From: Octopus sinensis
Lineage: Eukaryota
DNA: 64,000 nt
NCBI RefSeq assembly: GCF_006345805.1
Contig: NC_043008.1
Span: 61,876,001-61,940,000, forward strand
Direction: 5' to 3'
The notes below the pieces were generated by a model. It made no database searches, was not told where the DNA came from, and worked only from the letters and a program-made list of their open reading frames with translations. Below, piece by piece: positions 38,290-51,101 of the stretch. The position numbers and the translations under genes were made by a program. Every line of letters begins with the position of its first letter. Within the stretch, counting starts at the first letter, position 1.

Positions 38290-39225
38290 CCTCCAGAAGA
38301 TATAGAGTCAAAACTAAAGCAAGAGTGCCATTGTCATCTAGTGAACGATAACATGCCGCTCTTCAGTATCCAGTTGAATTTCTCAACTCTCCAGAACTCA
38401 CGGGACTGCCACCTCACAATTCGTTCCTAAAGAAATATGCACCTATCATTCTCTTGAAGAATTTGGACTCACCACAACTATGCAATGGTACATGATTGAC
38501 TGTAGCTACAATGAAAAGTCATGTCCTAGAAGCAGCCATGATTGCCGGCTGCCATCGAGGAGAGATCGCATACATTCCACGCATGCCTCTTATTCCCTTA
38601 AATGTACCATTTCTGTTCAAGCGCCTCCGGTTCCCAGTACGATTTTGCTTCGCTATGACAATCAACAAAGCCCAGAGTCAAACTTCAAAAATTGTGGATC
38701 TCAGTTTACAAATAACCTGCTTTTGTCATGGACAACTCTATGCCGCATGCTCTCGAGTTAGCAGTGCAGATGACTTGTATATTTATTCTGCCAGCACTGG
38801 GCTTACGCAAAACATAGTTTACCCAGAAGCATTGTCAGCTTCACTTAATACATGTTGAAATGCATAGTCCGCCCAAACATTTCAGAGATTGTGCCTTTCA
38901 CAATGAAGCAGCTTTCTTTCCTTGTACCCTACTTTCTGCAAAACGGATACCTCTACGCTTTCATACGTCATCGCATTCTTTACATGCGTAAGTCTGAGTT
39001 ATTTGGGGAGCAATGTTAGGATTTTATTCTAATCTAAGCAACCATTCTACTTGTTTTTGATGTCAACATTTTCAGCATTGTTCACCACAAAATGACCGAA
39101 AATATGTTTATAAAGAAGAGTTGTTTGCTTCAGACATCTCCTGTGCCTTTTTTGCTCATAATAAAGAAACAAAACAATGTAGCTTGAGGTCATAATACTC
39201 GAGCAACGCCGGGATGCATTGCTAA
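38290..39225 (+). pseudogene. Helitron 3' part: PIF1-like helicase C-terminus and 3' terminus
   Basis: QYPVEFLNSPELTGLPPHNSFLKKYAPIILLKNLD / QLCNGT*LTVATMKSHVLEAAM..YIPRMPLIPLNVPFLFKRLRFPVRFCFAMTINKAQSQT...CFCHGQLYAACSRV...TQNIVYPEAL; terminus CTCGAGCAACGCCGGG-atgcattg-CTAA (CTAG mutated) at 39198-39225. Confidence 0.92.
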
Positions 39226-40013
39226 TATTGAATAAATAAATAGGTACTTAATTATTGCGACGTAAAGTATACGAATTTCTATTAAGCATTACTTAGAATT
39301 ATTATCCGTAGTTTTTCTTCTATACTTATCTATTATGCATAACATAGAATTCGTGTTTGCACTTTTTGTTCTTCAGGGATCCAATGACGTCATCAATGCT
39401 TGTAGATAAATATACTCGTTATCTGCGTTGGGTTTTTTAAATGTAGATTTCAAACTATCAAACAATATGGTACCAGTATGCTATTTTTTTTACATTGTAT
39501 TTTTATAAACTAAATTAGTTATCCAAAGATGTGGTCCGTGCTTCAATGAATGAATGCCTAAAGTTAAATTTGGTTTAGTGTTTCCTTTTGCTAGGGTTTT
39601 TTAACAGGTAAAATGTTTTCATATGTTCACTTAGAATTTCACCAATTTAGATTACCTTCATAATGTTGACTTGACATAACTTTTCGAACTTATAGTTATT
39701 CATTTATTCATTTTAATATTAAGTGCATATCTATATGAGTGTTTTTATATGAATATATATATGTGTGTGTGTGTGTGTGAGTGCGTGTGCAAATGTATGA
39801 ATATATGTGTGTGTATGAATATATATATATATATATATATATACAAATGAGATAGGGGTTGTAAATGCAACCCTCCATGGGATAACATATATCCAATATA
39901 CTGCTAGTGAAGTACCCAACAAAGTTAATACATAAATGTTAAGGATTGCGATGCAATCAATTCATTTACTGTATTATATGGGCAAAGGTAAAATGATTTA
40001 CCACAAATTACTA

Positions 40014-40690
40014 ATACAAGATAGGAAAATGGAGAAATGCATCTAAATCAAATACCAATTACCAGATAATACTCAATCACATATTTTATTAAACCACCAC
40101 ATAAGAGACTGTAGGGTTAAACATAAAAAAGCAGAACAAATCAGTGTACATAAAGGAATGTACATAAAAAAGTGTACATAAAAGAGTAATGTTGTATAAT
40201 AAGTAGAATATATATAAAAAAAGAGAATATAAATATAAGTAAATATAAATATAAGTATAGATTACATCTTACAGCTGTTTCGGCCGTGTAGATAAGTATG
40301 TCTCATTTTACCAATATTAGCCTTTTATGGTAGGTCAATATATAGATATAAATATCTCATTTATATCTATATATTGACCTACCATAAAAGGCTAATATTG
40401 GTAAAATGAGACATACTTATCTACATGGCCGAAACAGCTGTAAGATATAATCTATACTTATATTTATATTTACTTAAATTTATATTCTCTTTTATATATA
40501 TTCTACTTATTATACAACATTACTATTTTATGTACCCTTTTTTATGTACATTCCTTTATGTACACTGATTTGTTCTGCTTTTTTATGTTTAACCCTACCG
40601 TCTCTTATGTGGTGGTTTAATAAAGTATGTGATTGAGTATTATCTGGTAATTGATATTTGATTTAGATGTATTTCTCCATTTTCTTATCT

Positions 40691-40695
<5 letters not shown>
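40014..40695. repeat. long near-perfect inverted repeat (palindrome)
   Basis: Arms 40014-40353 and 40359-40695, 5-nt spacer ATCTC; by manual comparison 10 substitutions and one 3-bp indel. Confidence 0.97.
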
Positions 40696-40731
<36 letters not shown>

Positions 40732-40829
40732 ATTTTATAGTTCGCTTGAAGCATTGTGTATAGTTTGTGAAATGTAGCGTGCCTTGAATGACACAACAAT
40801 ATCTTTCTGATAACATGCTCAAGTATTAT

Positions 40830-41780
40830 TATAAAAAGAAAGAAACTGTACGTATACTACATAACTTAGAAGAAGCGCTGTGGATGTACCTACACACACG
40901 AGCTTGAGATTCTCTTGAAGCTGGCGACGTGGTGGCGATAACGATTCTTAAATGAATCAGCCGTCTGCCCAACGTAAATATACGGTCCTTCCGTTGTCAG
41001 CACGATAAATTTATATACAAGATTTGTACTCATACAGAGGTTCACCAAAGGGCATTTTGATATTCCTCTGCACGAGCATTTGTCATATTTATATGTATAT
41101 GTGGCAGTTCCGACTTCATTTTCCGACGTTGCTACCTTGTTAGCTATATCATAAGCATTTAGTACGATTACAGTTCAGTCGTAATTGGTGCTTTTCATTA
41201 CGGTTTACATCTCGTTTGTTGATTTTTAGCTGCGTTTGCCCGCTAGATCCAGTAGATGGGCTATTGAACTGTTGTCGCATTTTACTATTGCGGTGCATAA
41301 AGTGCTTTAAAAAAGCAGAGTTAGCGTATGATACCTAAAAGGTGTGCTGATTAAAAAGAGCATCATATCGATCAGATTTAGGAAAACATTTATCCAAATT
41401 TCCAGCGATTTTGGTTACAACAAGAGAACTGAAAATTGAGTTGAACCAGATGACATTTTGATTCCTATAACTGTTGTTAGGCTTACTTGATTGAGTGCGT
41501 TGTACAGGATTGGAACAATTTAGAAAGTTACGAGTAATTGGGTCATTATGTCGCGTGTGTCTCCTGAGTTTTCGTTGGCACTTCCTGGTCTTGACCAATT
41601 CTTTCTGGCATGTATTCTCTATCCGAGTGAGTTCTCATACTGTGACGTTGTGATGGTGTACAATGTGTATTACTATTGGAGGAATTACCAATGTTGTGCA
41701 TGCCGTCTTGTATATATTGAATTTTTTGCACGGTACCCAGTCCTAGCTACAGCAGTATTTCAAGATATCTTTATGTAATT
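40830..41780 (-). pseudogene. Penelope-like element 3' ORF: RT thumb end, linker and GIY-YIG endonuclease
   Basis: NTAVARTGYR..KIQY; RNQNVIWFNSIFSSLVVTKIAGNLDKCFPKSDRYDALFNQHTF*VSY; and an open stretch 41078-40911, CSCRGISKCPLVNLCMSTNLVYKFIVLTTEGPYIYVGQTADSFKNRYRHHVASFKR (CxCx5C followed by LVY...YVG GIY-YIG motif). Confidence 0.9.
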
Positions 41781-41955
41781 TTGGTAAATATATCTGTTAA
41801 AATGAGATGTCAGTGCTATTTTCAATTATGCGTAATTTAGACGACAGTTTATTCACTGCACCATGTATATATATATATATATATATTATATATGTATATA
41901 TGTATATATGTATATATGTATGTATGTATGTATGTATATATATATATTATATATA

Positions 41956-42008
<53 letters not shown>

Positions 42009-43229
42009 TGCATATATATATAATATATGATGATGATACGGATTTAATACCTATTTTTCTATACAGGTTGTTATATTCACAGAAAAAAGAAAAAACATCC
42101 CCGAAATGAAAAGATGTTTGCTTCATTTGGTGCTATGAACTTTCTTTAATCTTTAGTAATGTTATCTATACTTGGAAAGTTTTTGGAGATACTTAATATC
42201 TTTTACAGGTGTGTGAGTTAATTCATACGTGTGATTTGTAGCTGAAATCACTGTGCATTTCAAAAAGTTTCATTGCGACGTAGAAAGCAAATACATTCTT
42301 AAAAGAACAAAGCAAAAATAAGATGATCCCTCTGTTCATACATATTAACACAGGGGTTTTGTCTTCATTCTTGCTTTTGTATACAACTGAATTGGTTGTG
42401 TGATTCAAAAATATTTTACTTTATGTAGAAAAGAAGTGCATTATAAACCAAGGGATAGAACCAAAAATAGCATTTTCACTACGAAGTGGCGTAATGTAAT
42501 TTTGAATACCTAAGCTTGTATTCTATAATCAAAACCCCTCAACAATACTACTGACGCGCTTTAAGCAGTTAATACAGTAGTAAACCATGTTTTATTCGGC
42601 CCAACGTATACCACGTGGACCTGAGGGCTATTATAGGATCACATCAACGTAACTACAAGAGACATTATTCTAGATATCAATAGATATCAGAGATATTTTA
42701 CCACTAAATCCACAGAAGTACACAGCAAATAACCTACACTATAAACCACATACATTCTGTTTTGTTTTCCCTCCGATAATGTTACTGTAATACCAAGAAG
42801 GTCAAAATTGATACAGTTGTTGCTAAAATTGATTCTTTATACCTACGTATATTCTATGCCAGTATTATTCCTTCTGCTTTTAGCAGGCAGCGTACTGTAC
42901 ATAGCCTGCAGGAGATAAATCTAATAAAATACTACCACTGTGATTTGAAATAGAAACTTTTCTTACCTTCTTTTGTATGGTTATTTTCTTTCATTGGATA
43001 TATGTATGTGTGCGTGTGTAAGTGTATAATTATGGGAGAATACAAACACATATACACACAGACACTCACACACTCACATACACACCACACACACACATAC
43101 TCTCACTCACACACACCACAGAAACACCACACATTCAAACACACACACATATACGTATATACATGTGTGTGTATGTAGATCCGTACAGACACAGATATCC
43201 ACAGATATATGTATGCATGTATGGAAATA

Positions 43230-43271
<42 letters not shown>

Positions 43272-44266
43272 TGTATGTATGTAGGCGTGTGTATGTATAT
43301 GTGTGTACATACGCATACATATATATGTGTGTGTATTAAAAAATCTTATATATCTCAGAATACACATACTCACATGTGTATGCATGTGTGTGAATGTGTG
43401 CGTATTTGTGTGTGTGTGTGATTGTGGTATGTGTATGCGTGTGTGTTTGTGTGTTTGTGTGTGCATGCTTTTGATCGTGTAGATGTGCCAAAATTTGAAG
43501 ACAGCTATACAACAGGCAATTGAAGAATTTGGTATATATCAAGGAACGAATTCCCACAAGTTTTACACTATTGCAGAACCGTTTCCTATATTGATATTTG
43601 GAGAAACGCATCTTATGTAAGTTTCATAGAATTTAATTTGGTTTCAAATCCCCATGATGCTTAACTTGGAAAATGTCAAATTTGTGATTAGATTAAAAGT
43701 ATATATTTACGATTTTTCACAGTTTTGCCATCGGGAAAATAATGATTTATTAAATACCCTAGAGGTCTAAGGCAAATAGCAGGAATTACTTAGATAAATG
43801 AAACATCTCGCCTCTTTAAGTGCGATACAAGCTCGCGATTTCAGAAAACATTCTGTAGTAACTTATCCCTTGGATATTACTCCAAACAAATCTTAAGTAC
43901 ATGGTAGCATTGTTCCATCGTTTCCAACAATAAATATTCAACATCAAACAAGCTATTGTTTGCCTTCAAGAATTTAATACTTTCCTCAACCGCTTCTTTT
44001 ATTATTATTACTACACACTTTGAATATGTGGGAAGATTATCCAAGAATATACGTGGGGTGAAATAGCAATTTACACAGACACAGACACACACACTCATAC
44101 CAATATATATATATATATATACATATATATACATATACCAATACACACACACATATATATATATATATACATAGCAATATATGTATGTATGCATGTATAT
44201 ATATATATATATATATATATATGCATGTAAATATGTATGAATATGTGTATGTATATATGTATGTAT

Positions 44267-44309
44267 AGATAGATAGATAGATACGTAGATAGATAGATAG
44301 ATAGGTAGG

Positions 44310-44345
<36 letters not shown>

Positions 44346-44350
44346 CAGAC

Positions 44351-44422
<72 letters not shown>

Positions 44423-44435
44423 GGATGGATGGATA
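44267..44435. repeat. (AGAT)n microsatellite
   Basis: Direct inspection. Confidence 0.95.
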
Positions 44436-44660
44436 TAGAGGAGTTTCTTATGAATTTTGAAATTACTAGACTATCACATGTTTATTTTGACGCTCGAACA
44501 TAATATTAGTTTTGTATATATTTCTCTGTCAACAAAGAAACACCTTCACATTTCCACACGTTACTAATTAATTTACTCTCATCTGTCCTCCTTCCAGTTT
44601 TATTCCTTTTCATTTTCTAAGCGATATGGTATCACTAACATGTTTATACATATATATTTA

Positions 44661-44795
44661 GATGGCTGTTTGGTAAGAACTTTGCTTCCCAAACACATGG
44701 TTCTCTACTCAGTCTATCTGTGTGGCACTTTTGGTAAGTGTTGTCTAATATACCGTTGGCTTGACCAAAGACTTGGCTTGACCAAAGACTTGGCT
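44661..44795 (+). mobile_element. degenerate SINE A head ending in a 17-bp tandem duplication
   Basis: GATGGCTGTTTGGTAAGAACTTTGCTTCCCAAACACATGGTT...; TTGGCTTGACCAAAGAC occurs twice (44756-44789). Confidence 0.65.
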
Positions 44796-45402
44796 CCCCG
44801 CAATATAGATGTCCGCCTTCGCAAAAGACTACATATTCTCCGGCCACCTTCAACCTCAAACAACAGGTAGTACGATTTATTTCATTGCGACCCTCCTGAT
44901 GCACTTCAAGCCACTGGCCGTCGACAATCCAGATATACCACCTTAACACTCTCAGTCACATAAAACAAATGCAAAGTGCCTATCCACTGTTGTCTGTACA
45001 TATCATAGAGTGAATCTCCAGCCTTATGCATTTTCCTTAGTCTCTTACGATCGTCCTCATATACGTGGGTGTGCGTTTTCACACACACACACACATACAC
45101 ATATATGTATATGTATGCTCTCCTTGTTTTCTCCTCTTAAGAATATCATGACTGAATCCAAAGGCAAATTCATTTATCTCCAAATAATGCTGTTGCCACC
45201 GCTTAATCTTATTCCGGTCGTGCTCACGATCACAGAAATATCAAAGACATGCATACTGATACACACGCATACATACATGCATACACTCACGCACACTCAC
45301 AAACACAAACACACACACACAGACACACATACAAATACCTCATGTAAAGACACGCACAATCTTTCATCCAGCTAAACCCGAATACATTTATACATGCACA
45401 TA

Positions 45403-45838
45403 TAAGAGGGTGTTAAGAAATTCCTGGCTTTAAGCATATCATGAAAAACCTGGTTGGAAGCCCGACCATCTGGGTTCTTTTAACCCTTTAGTGTTTGCAT
45501 TATTCTACCAAAATTAATGCTTATTCATCCACATTGTTTTGAACTAATCATGCATTATCTTGTAGCTATGAGATTTTGATGAGGTAGCTATTAATTTTTA
45601 AAACGATGTTGTAGGATTGGTGTGAGAGAGCAGATCTGGCCAATTTGAACATAAACAGGCAGAATACCTTTGGCCGGATATGGCCAGTTTAAATGCTAAA
45701 GGGTTAATGACTTAGAAAAACTGAAGGGCCGCTGCAATAAGTGCGTTAATCTGATAAGGAAATATGTTGAATAAAATCATAACTAACTGATCCTCTTGTA
45801 TTTCCATTTATCCAAGAAATTTTCAGGACCCATTCGTA
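45403..45838 (+). mobile_element. mariner-derived MITE (host of nested piggyBac MITE)
   Basis: Degenerate TIRs TAAGAGGGTGTTAAGAAATTCCTGG / CCAAGAAATTTTCAGGACCCATTCGTA; retains a mariner C-terminus LEKLKGRCNKCVNL..EYVE*. Confidence 0.7.
45484..45703. mobile_element. piggyBac-type MITE (220 bp)
   Basis: TTAA|CCCTTTAGTGTTT ... AAATGCTAAAGGG|TTAA: TTAA TSD (45480-45483, 45704-45707), CCC/GGG termini, 11/13 TIR identity. Confidence 0.85.
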
Positions 45839-46037
45839 AATAAATGAATAAGCATACTCACATACACTAGACGCATATAAGGACATACACCTATACAGGG
45901 ATATCTAACACGTATACAGACACAGGTGCAATCGTTGGACATTAACGTACATGTATTCGCGCACATACTTACACCTACACAACGTAGCTGACATACACAT
46001 CTCAAACATCTCACACACATGCACACACACACACACA

Positions 46038-46076
<39 letters not shown>

Positions 46077-46373
46077 ACACACACACAATCACACACACAC
46101 ACACACACTCTGACGTATACGTGCACACAAGCACACAGACATAGCAGATACATATCCACACGCATACGTGCACACTTTCTAGCAAATACCTATATACGCG
46201 CCATCATACTGACGCTACCATCCCGTAACCATATGCCGGATTACACACGCGCGCATTCATACAGTTGGTACGCACGCGCACCCACTCATATCTTCAGCCA
46301 TCCGTTAGTTTGTTCGAATACTTTTCACACAGCGAAGCATCGCCAAATCCCTGTTTAGCCCCACCAACCTCAC

Positions 46374-46480
46374 CAGCTCCGTAGCCCCAGAAATACAGAT
46401 TGGGATCTCAAGCAGCATGGCATGAATTTTAGTGTCATAGTTTACGACTAAATTATATTGATAGGAGAATAATCCCCGGG
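46374..46480 (-). CDS. candidate coding exon of an unidentified host gene
   Basis: Acceptor TCTTTTGTCAACAG|, donor CTG|GTGAGG, single open frame RGLFSYQYNLVVNYDTKIHAMLLEIPICISGATEL. No family recognised. Confidence 0.3.
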
Positions 46481-46693
46481 CTGTTGACAAAAGATTGTAC
46501 ACTCGATCTTTAGGAAAAGATACCAGTATATAGAAAGTCTTCGTTCATAAAAAGACATCTTTACTTCCGTGCTCGTGAAGAAATTGCGATTGTTTTATTA
46601 ATTTTATTACTTAGTTAAAAGCTATGCAACACCCATGACATTCGCAGCCTCTACTTTGAGGTAAGAAAATATATAAATATAAGACTCATATAC

Positions 46694-47114
46694 AGGCGCA
46701 GGAGTGGCTGTGTGGTAAGTAGCTTGCTAACCAACCACATGGTTTCGGGTTCAGTCCCACTGCGTGGCATCTTGGGCAAGTGTCTTCTGCTATAGCCCCG
46801 GGCCGACCAATGCCTTGTAAGTGGATTTGGTAGACGGAAACTGAAAGAAGCCTGTCGTATATATGTATATATATATATATGTATGTATGTGTGTGTGTTT
46901 GTGTGTCTGTGTTTGTTCCCCTAGCATTGCTTGACAACCGATGCTGGTGTGTTTACGTCCCCGTCACTTAGCGGTTCGGCAAAAAGAGACCGATAGAATA
47001 AGTACTGGGCTTACAAAAAGAATAAGTCCCGGGGTCGAGTTGCTCGACTAAAGGCGGTGCTCCAGCATGGCCGCAGTCAAATGACTGAAACAAGTAAAAG
47101 AGTAAAAAGAGTAA
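46694..47114 (+). mobile_element. tRNA-derived SINE, family A (full length, young-looking)
   Basis: AGGCGCAGGAGTGGCTGTGTGGTAAG through CCAGCATGGCCGCAGTCAAATGACTGAAACAAGTAAAAGAGTAAAAAGAGTAA. Confidence 0.92.
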
Positions 47115-48049
47115 TATAAATATATGAATATAGTGATAAGGGAATAAAAAAGTATAGAATGTTGGAAATAAATACTTGTATAACGATATACCCATACATG
47201 CATACATACATGCATACATACATATATATATATATTGATACACACACACAGATAAATATAGAAGAAAAAATGTTTATAATTATGAACAAGTCGAAATTAT
47301 AACTAAGAGGGTTAAAAAAGCTTTACCTGTTTAAAATTGCACCCAAAACCGCTGTAAAGCTATTACTAACTCATATCATTTCTCCTCGCGATAAAAAATG
47401 TCCTCGGGCGACATGGCAAACAGAATCCACAACTTGAAAATAATTGGTTAATTCCCTATTGCAATTTCGGCGTTAGGGACCACTAAAGGGGCCCATTCGC
47501 ATCATCAGGGGAAATGTTTCCTAATGATAGAAATCAAATCAAGACTTTACCTCGAATCCCGACTGGCAATAGAAATGTTTTCACCTCTATCTACACAATC
47601 AAGCTTTGAATTCAAATGGCATGAACAGTGTTTATATTTAAAGACCGGTAATCTCTAGTTAATGTAAAATGATATGAATTAATAATGGCTTTATAGCGGT
47701 TTAGGCTGCTATTTTTCACATGTAAAGGTTTTATAATCCTCTTAGTTATAACTGTGACTTGTTCATAATTATAAACGCTTTTCTTCGTCTATTTTATGAA
47801 TACATAATTGGACATTGATATATTCATAAATAATCTTATTTATTTATAATATATCCTTCGTAATGTTTTTACCTTACTCTATACATATATATATATAAAT
47901 TTATAAAAATATGGTAAAGTAAAAGAATTCACTTTACCACACACCGAACTTTTCAGAAATAGCAGCCAAAAATTTGGCTATTTCTTCAACTGCAAATAAA
48001 AGTCTCCAGACAATGCATACTCAATGCATACTTATATATATATATATAA

Positions 48050-48375
48050 TCTTTTTCTCGCGTCAGCCATGTGGCTGCGGTCACGCTGCAGCAGCGTAGT
48101 CTTTCTGATCTCCTCAGTCTGGGGTCTTTGACATCACCACTCCTGTATGCGCCTTTGTCCCAACTATTGGCTCACATGGGGTACAATGAGTTTGATTCCA
48201 CTGCCCTCGTCTGTGCCTCATTTCGGGCTGTTCGTTCATCCGGTACTATGGCGATGAGGAAATATAGTTCCTTTTTGAAAACATCTACTTCGACCTTATG
48301 CAGATTTCTTAATTTTCGTGCCAGGCCATTGAAGAGATGTGGGATTATCGTTCTTCTCAGTATATCTTCCAATTC
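48050..48375 (-). pseudogene. APE-type LINE (CR1/L2/Jockey group) ORF2 C-terminus and 3' UTR
   Basis: PHLFNGLARKLRNLHKVEVDVFKKELYFLIAIVPDERTARNEAQTRAVESNSL matches the ORF2 end pattern LFN.LP..LRN.....FK..LD.FL..VPDEP...RAA.SNSL; the 3' UTR ends CAGCGTGACCGCAGCCACATGGCTGACGCGAGAAAAAGA. Confidence 0.75.
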
Positions 48376-48834
48376 TAGAAATTTAGCTATCTATCACTTG
48401 ATATTATTGTTAGTGACTCTCAATCTTCATTTGAATGACTTTATTTTCTTTGTCTCTTCTTTTAACGGCTTCTCTTTACTCCACAATAGTAGTTAACCAA
48501 AGTTTTCTATCTGAGGTTGCATTTCATTTTTTCTCCGATGATGAAGCAGGTTGATGCTATAAGGATAGCTGCCGTTTCCTCTCCACAAGAAGCTCCATCT
48601 GCACATCAATTATTGAAACAGCTGTAAAAGACATTTTTCCACATTGAGTTACTTCCTTCTTATGATCTAAACTCGTGTAATAACACAACCATCGATTTTA
48701 AAGATGCCATAATATAAGCAACCGTTTATGATATTATGTCATTATGCATTTACCTGTTTAATCGATAAATTGTCTGATGCAACCAGTCGTCATTGCGCAG
48801 CATCCTTGCTTTCGGTTGCAGTTCAAGTATGTGT

Positions 48835-49066
48835 ATATATATATATGTGTATGTGTGTGTATGTGTTTGTCCCCCTAGCATTGATTGACAACCGATGCTG
48901 GTGTGTTTACGTCCCCGTCACTTAGTGGTTCGGCAAAAAAAGACCGATAGAATAAGTACTGGGCTTACAAAAAGAATAAGTCTCGGGGTCGAGTTGCTCG
49001 ACTAAAGGCGGTGCTCCAGCATGGCCGCAGTCAAATGACTGAAACAAGTAAAAGAGTAAAGGAGTA
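48835..49066 (+). mobile_element. SINE family A, 3' half only
   Basis: Starts at the TG linker; nearly identical to 46895-47110, including subfamily-diagnostic bases. Confidence 0.9.
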
Positions 49067-49140
49067 TATGTATGTATATCTATCTATATATATATTGTGT
49101 GTGTACGTATGCTTGTACTTGTGTATTTTTTATGCATATA

Positions 49141-49173
<33 letters not shown>

Positions 49174-50094
49174 GGTATTTGGGTACTTGCGTGAATGTGC
49201 AATGCAAGTACATTCATTTGTGGCATCGTTTGTATGTAACCAGCAAAACTTATTTCACTCGGTTTAAGTACGAAATGGATATTGTAATAACTAGTCCTCT
49301 ATATAATTACTTCACAATTCTCCTTTCCTTCCGGATCTATTCAATGTCAACCGAGTTCTTTCTCCTTATATTGCATTCGATAGTTGAAGAAAATTTTTCA
49401 TTGATTCTGTTAAGTCAATTTAAAGCTTTATTTACTTTCCCCACTATTCTACTTTCCTCTCACTTTTCTAGTAATGTCCTTTCTTGAGAGCATTTTCTGT
49501 CCTTTGATGAGTACTTTCTCTTGTAATTATTTTCACTTTAGTTGTTGCAGTTTATATCGCTATATTCCGCTTAGCTTTTGGCAAAAAGAAAACCAGCATA
49601 TTTACAATCCATTCTGATTTTTTCATGCGTATAAATAGTCTCAGAAACCAAGGTCATCCACCAATTCCCCTGCGTATAGTAGAAGTGATAACGTATGTTA
49701 TAGCTTTATATTCTTGCACATAACTTCTTTGAAGTAACTAGATATATATTCTCGTCCTTGGTATAGGTGTATTCGTCTAAGCGCGTCAAAAAGTGTTTCT
49801 TCATTATGGTCTTCTTTGCCGATCTCTTTCAGTTATAGAATTAATGGGTTCATACAAACATTTAATAATCTTAGAAAACATATTTGTCCATAGCGAAGAA
49901 AAAGCATCACTAACTACAACATCAAAATGGCTTCCTCCATTTTGTACATTTCCTTTCATATAGATCAACATGCCATTTCACATTACTTTTATTTCCAGTT
50001 TTTAACTAGGAGAAAATATATACATAACAAAAACAAAATGAGGGAGAAAGAGAGAAAGAAAGTGCTTAGAAATAATCTCAACTTCATGCTGTGA

Positions 50095-50110
50095 TATATA
50101 TAATATATAT

Positions 50111-50157
<47 letters not shown>

Positions 50158-50600
50158 ATGTATATGTGTGTATATGTATATGTATATATGTATATATATA
50201 ATTAAATATATACATATATATATATATATATACATATGTATATATATTATATATGCTTAGATATTATGTATACACGAACACAATATATATACACATATAT
50301 ATACTAATACTATGTGTATGTATACATTTGTGTAAGAATAGAGAGGTACGACATACATATGTGGATATGTAATTGTATGTATGTGTGTTTGTATGTGTGT
50401 ATAAATGTATATATATGTATATGTGTGTGTATATATATATGTACATACATCTATCTATCCATATATATATATTTACATATATATGTGTATATGTATATAT
50501 GTATATATATATATATAATATATATATATATTATATATATATATATATATTATATATATATATATATATTATAATATATATATATATATATACATACATA
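50095..50600. repeat. (TA)n-rich compound microsatellite
   Basis: Direct inspection. Confidence 0.9.
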
Positions 50601-51016
50601 TATGAATAAAACTGATGGAAAAGAAATTGACATGAAAAGGAAATAAAGGATTCAAGCGCTACATAACGATTTCTGCTCTATCTGAAATTTTACCATGTTT
50701 ACCGCTTCTGAAATGCGTAATAAAATCATAAAATCGTATATATCAAATTAAAGAGAAGTAAAAAGAATTTAATGCTGTTTGCAAGACTCAGTGAGAAGAA
50801 GTTTAGTTATATTTCTATAAGTTCTATTTCTCAATGATTCCTTCATGATTTCATCAAGAATATAAAACACAAACCAAATATTCACATGACCTGTATTTCA
50901 AATTGATATTTTTGAACTTTGCAGTTGTGCATAGTTAACGAATAGGTCTCTCAGTTCTTTTCCTTCTGTCACCTACTGCAGTATATTTCTCTAAAGACTA
51001 GCTTGTATATAAATAT

Positions 51017-51101
<85 letters not shown>

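Noticed and set aside
42960-43005. Strong minus-strand donor AAG|GTAAGA with MKENNHTKE upstream
   Set aside because: There is no acceptor or promoter context, and it runs straight into microsatellite sequence.
46694-46770. tRNA genes at SINE heads
   Set aside because: A and B boxes are present, but there is no complete cloverleaf and each head runs into a multicopy SINE body.
49180-50000. Purine-rich minus-strand tract as LINE ORF1 or endonuclease
   Set aside because: It has many stops and no diagnostic motif that I could confirm.
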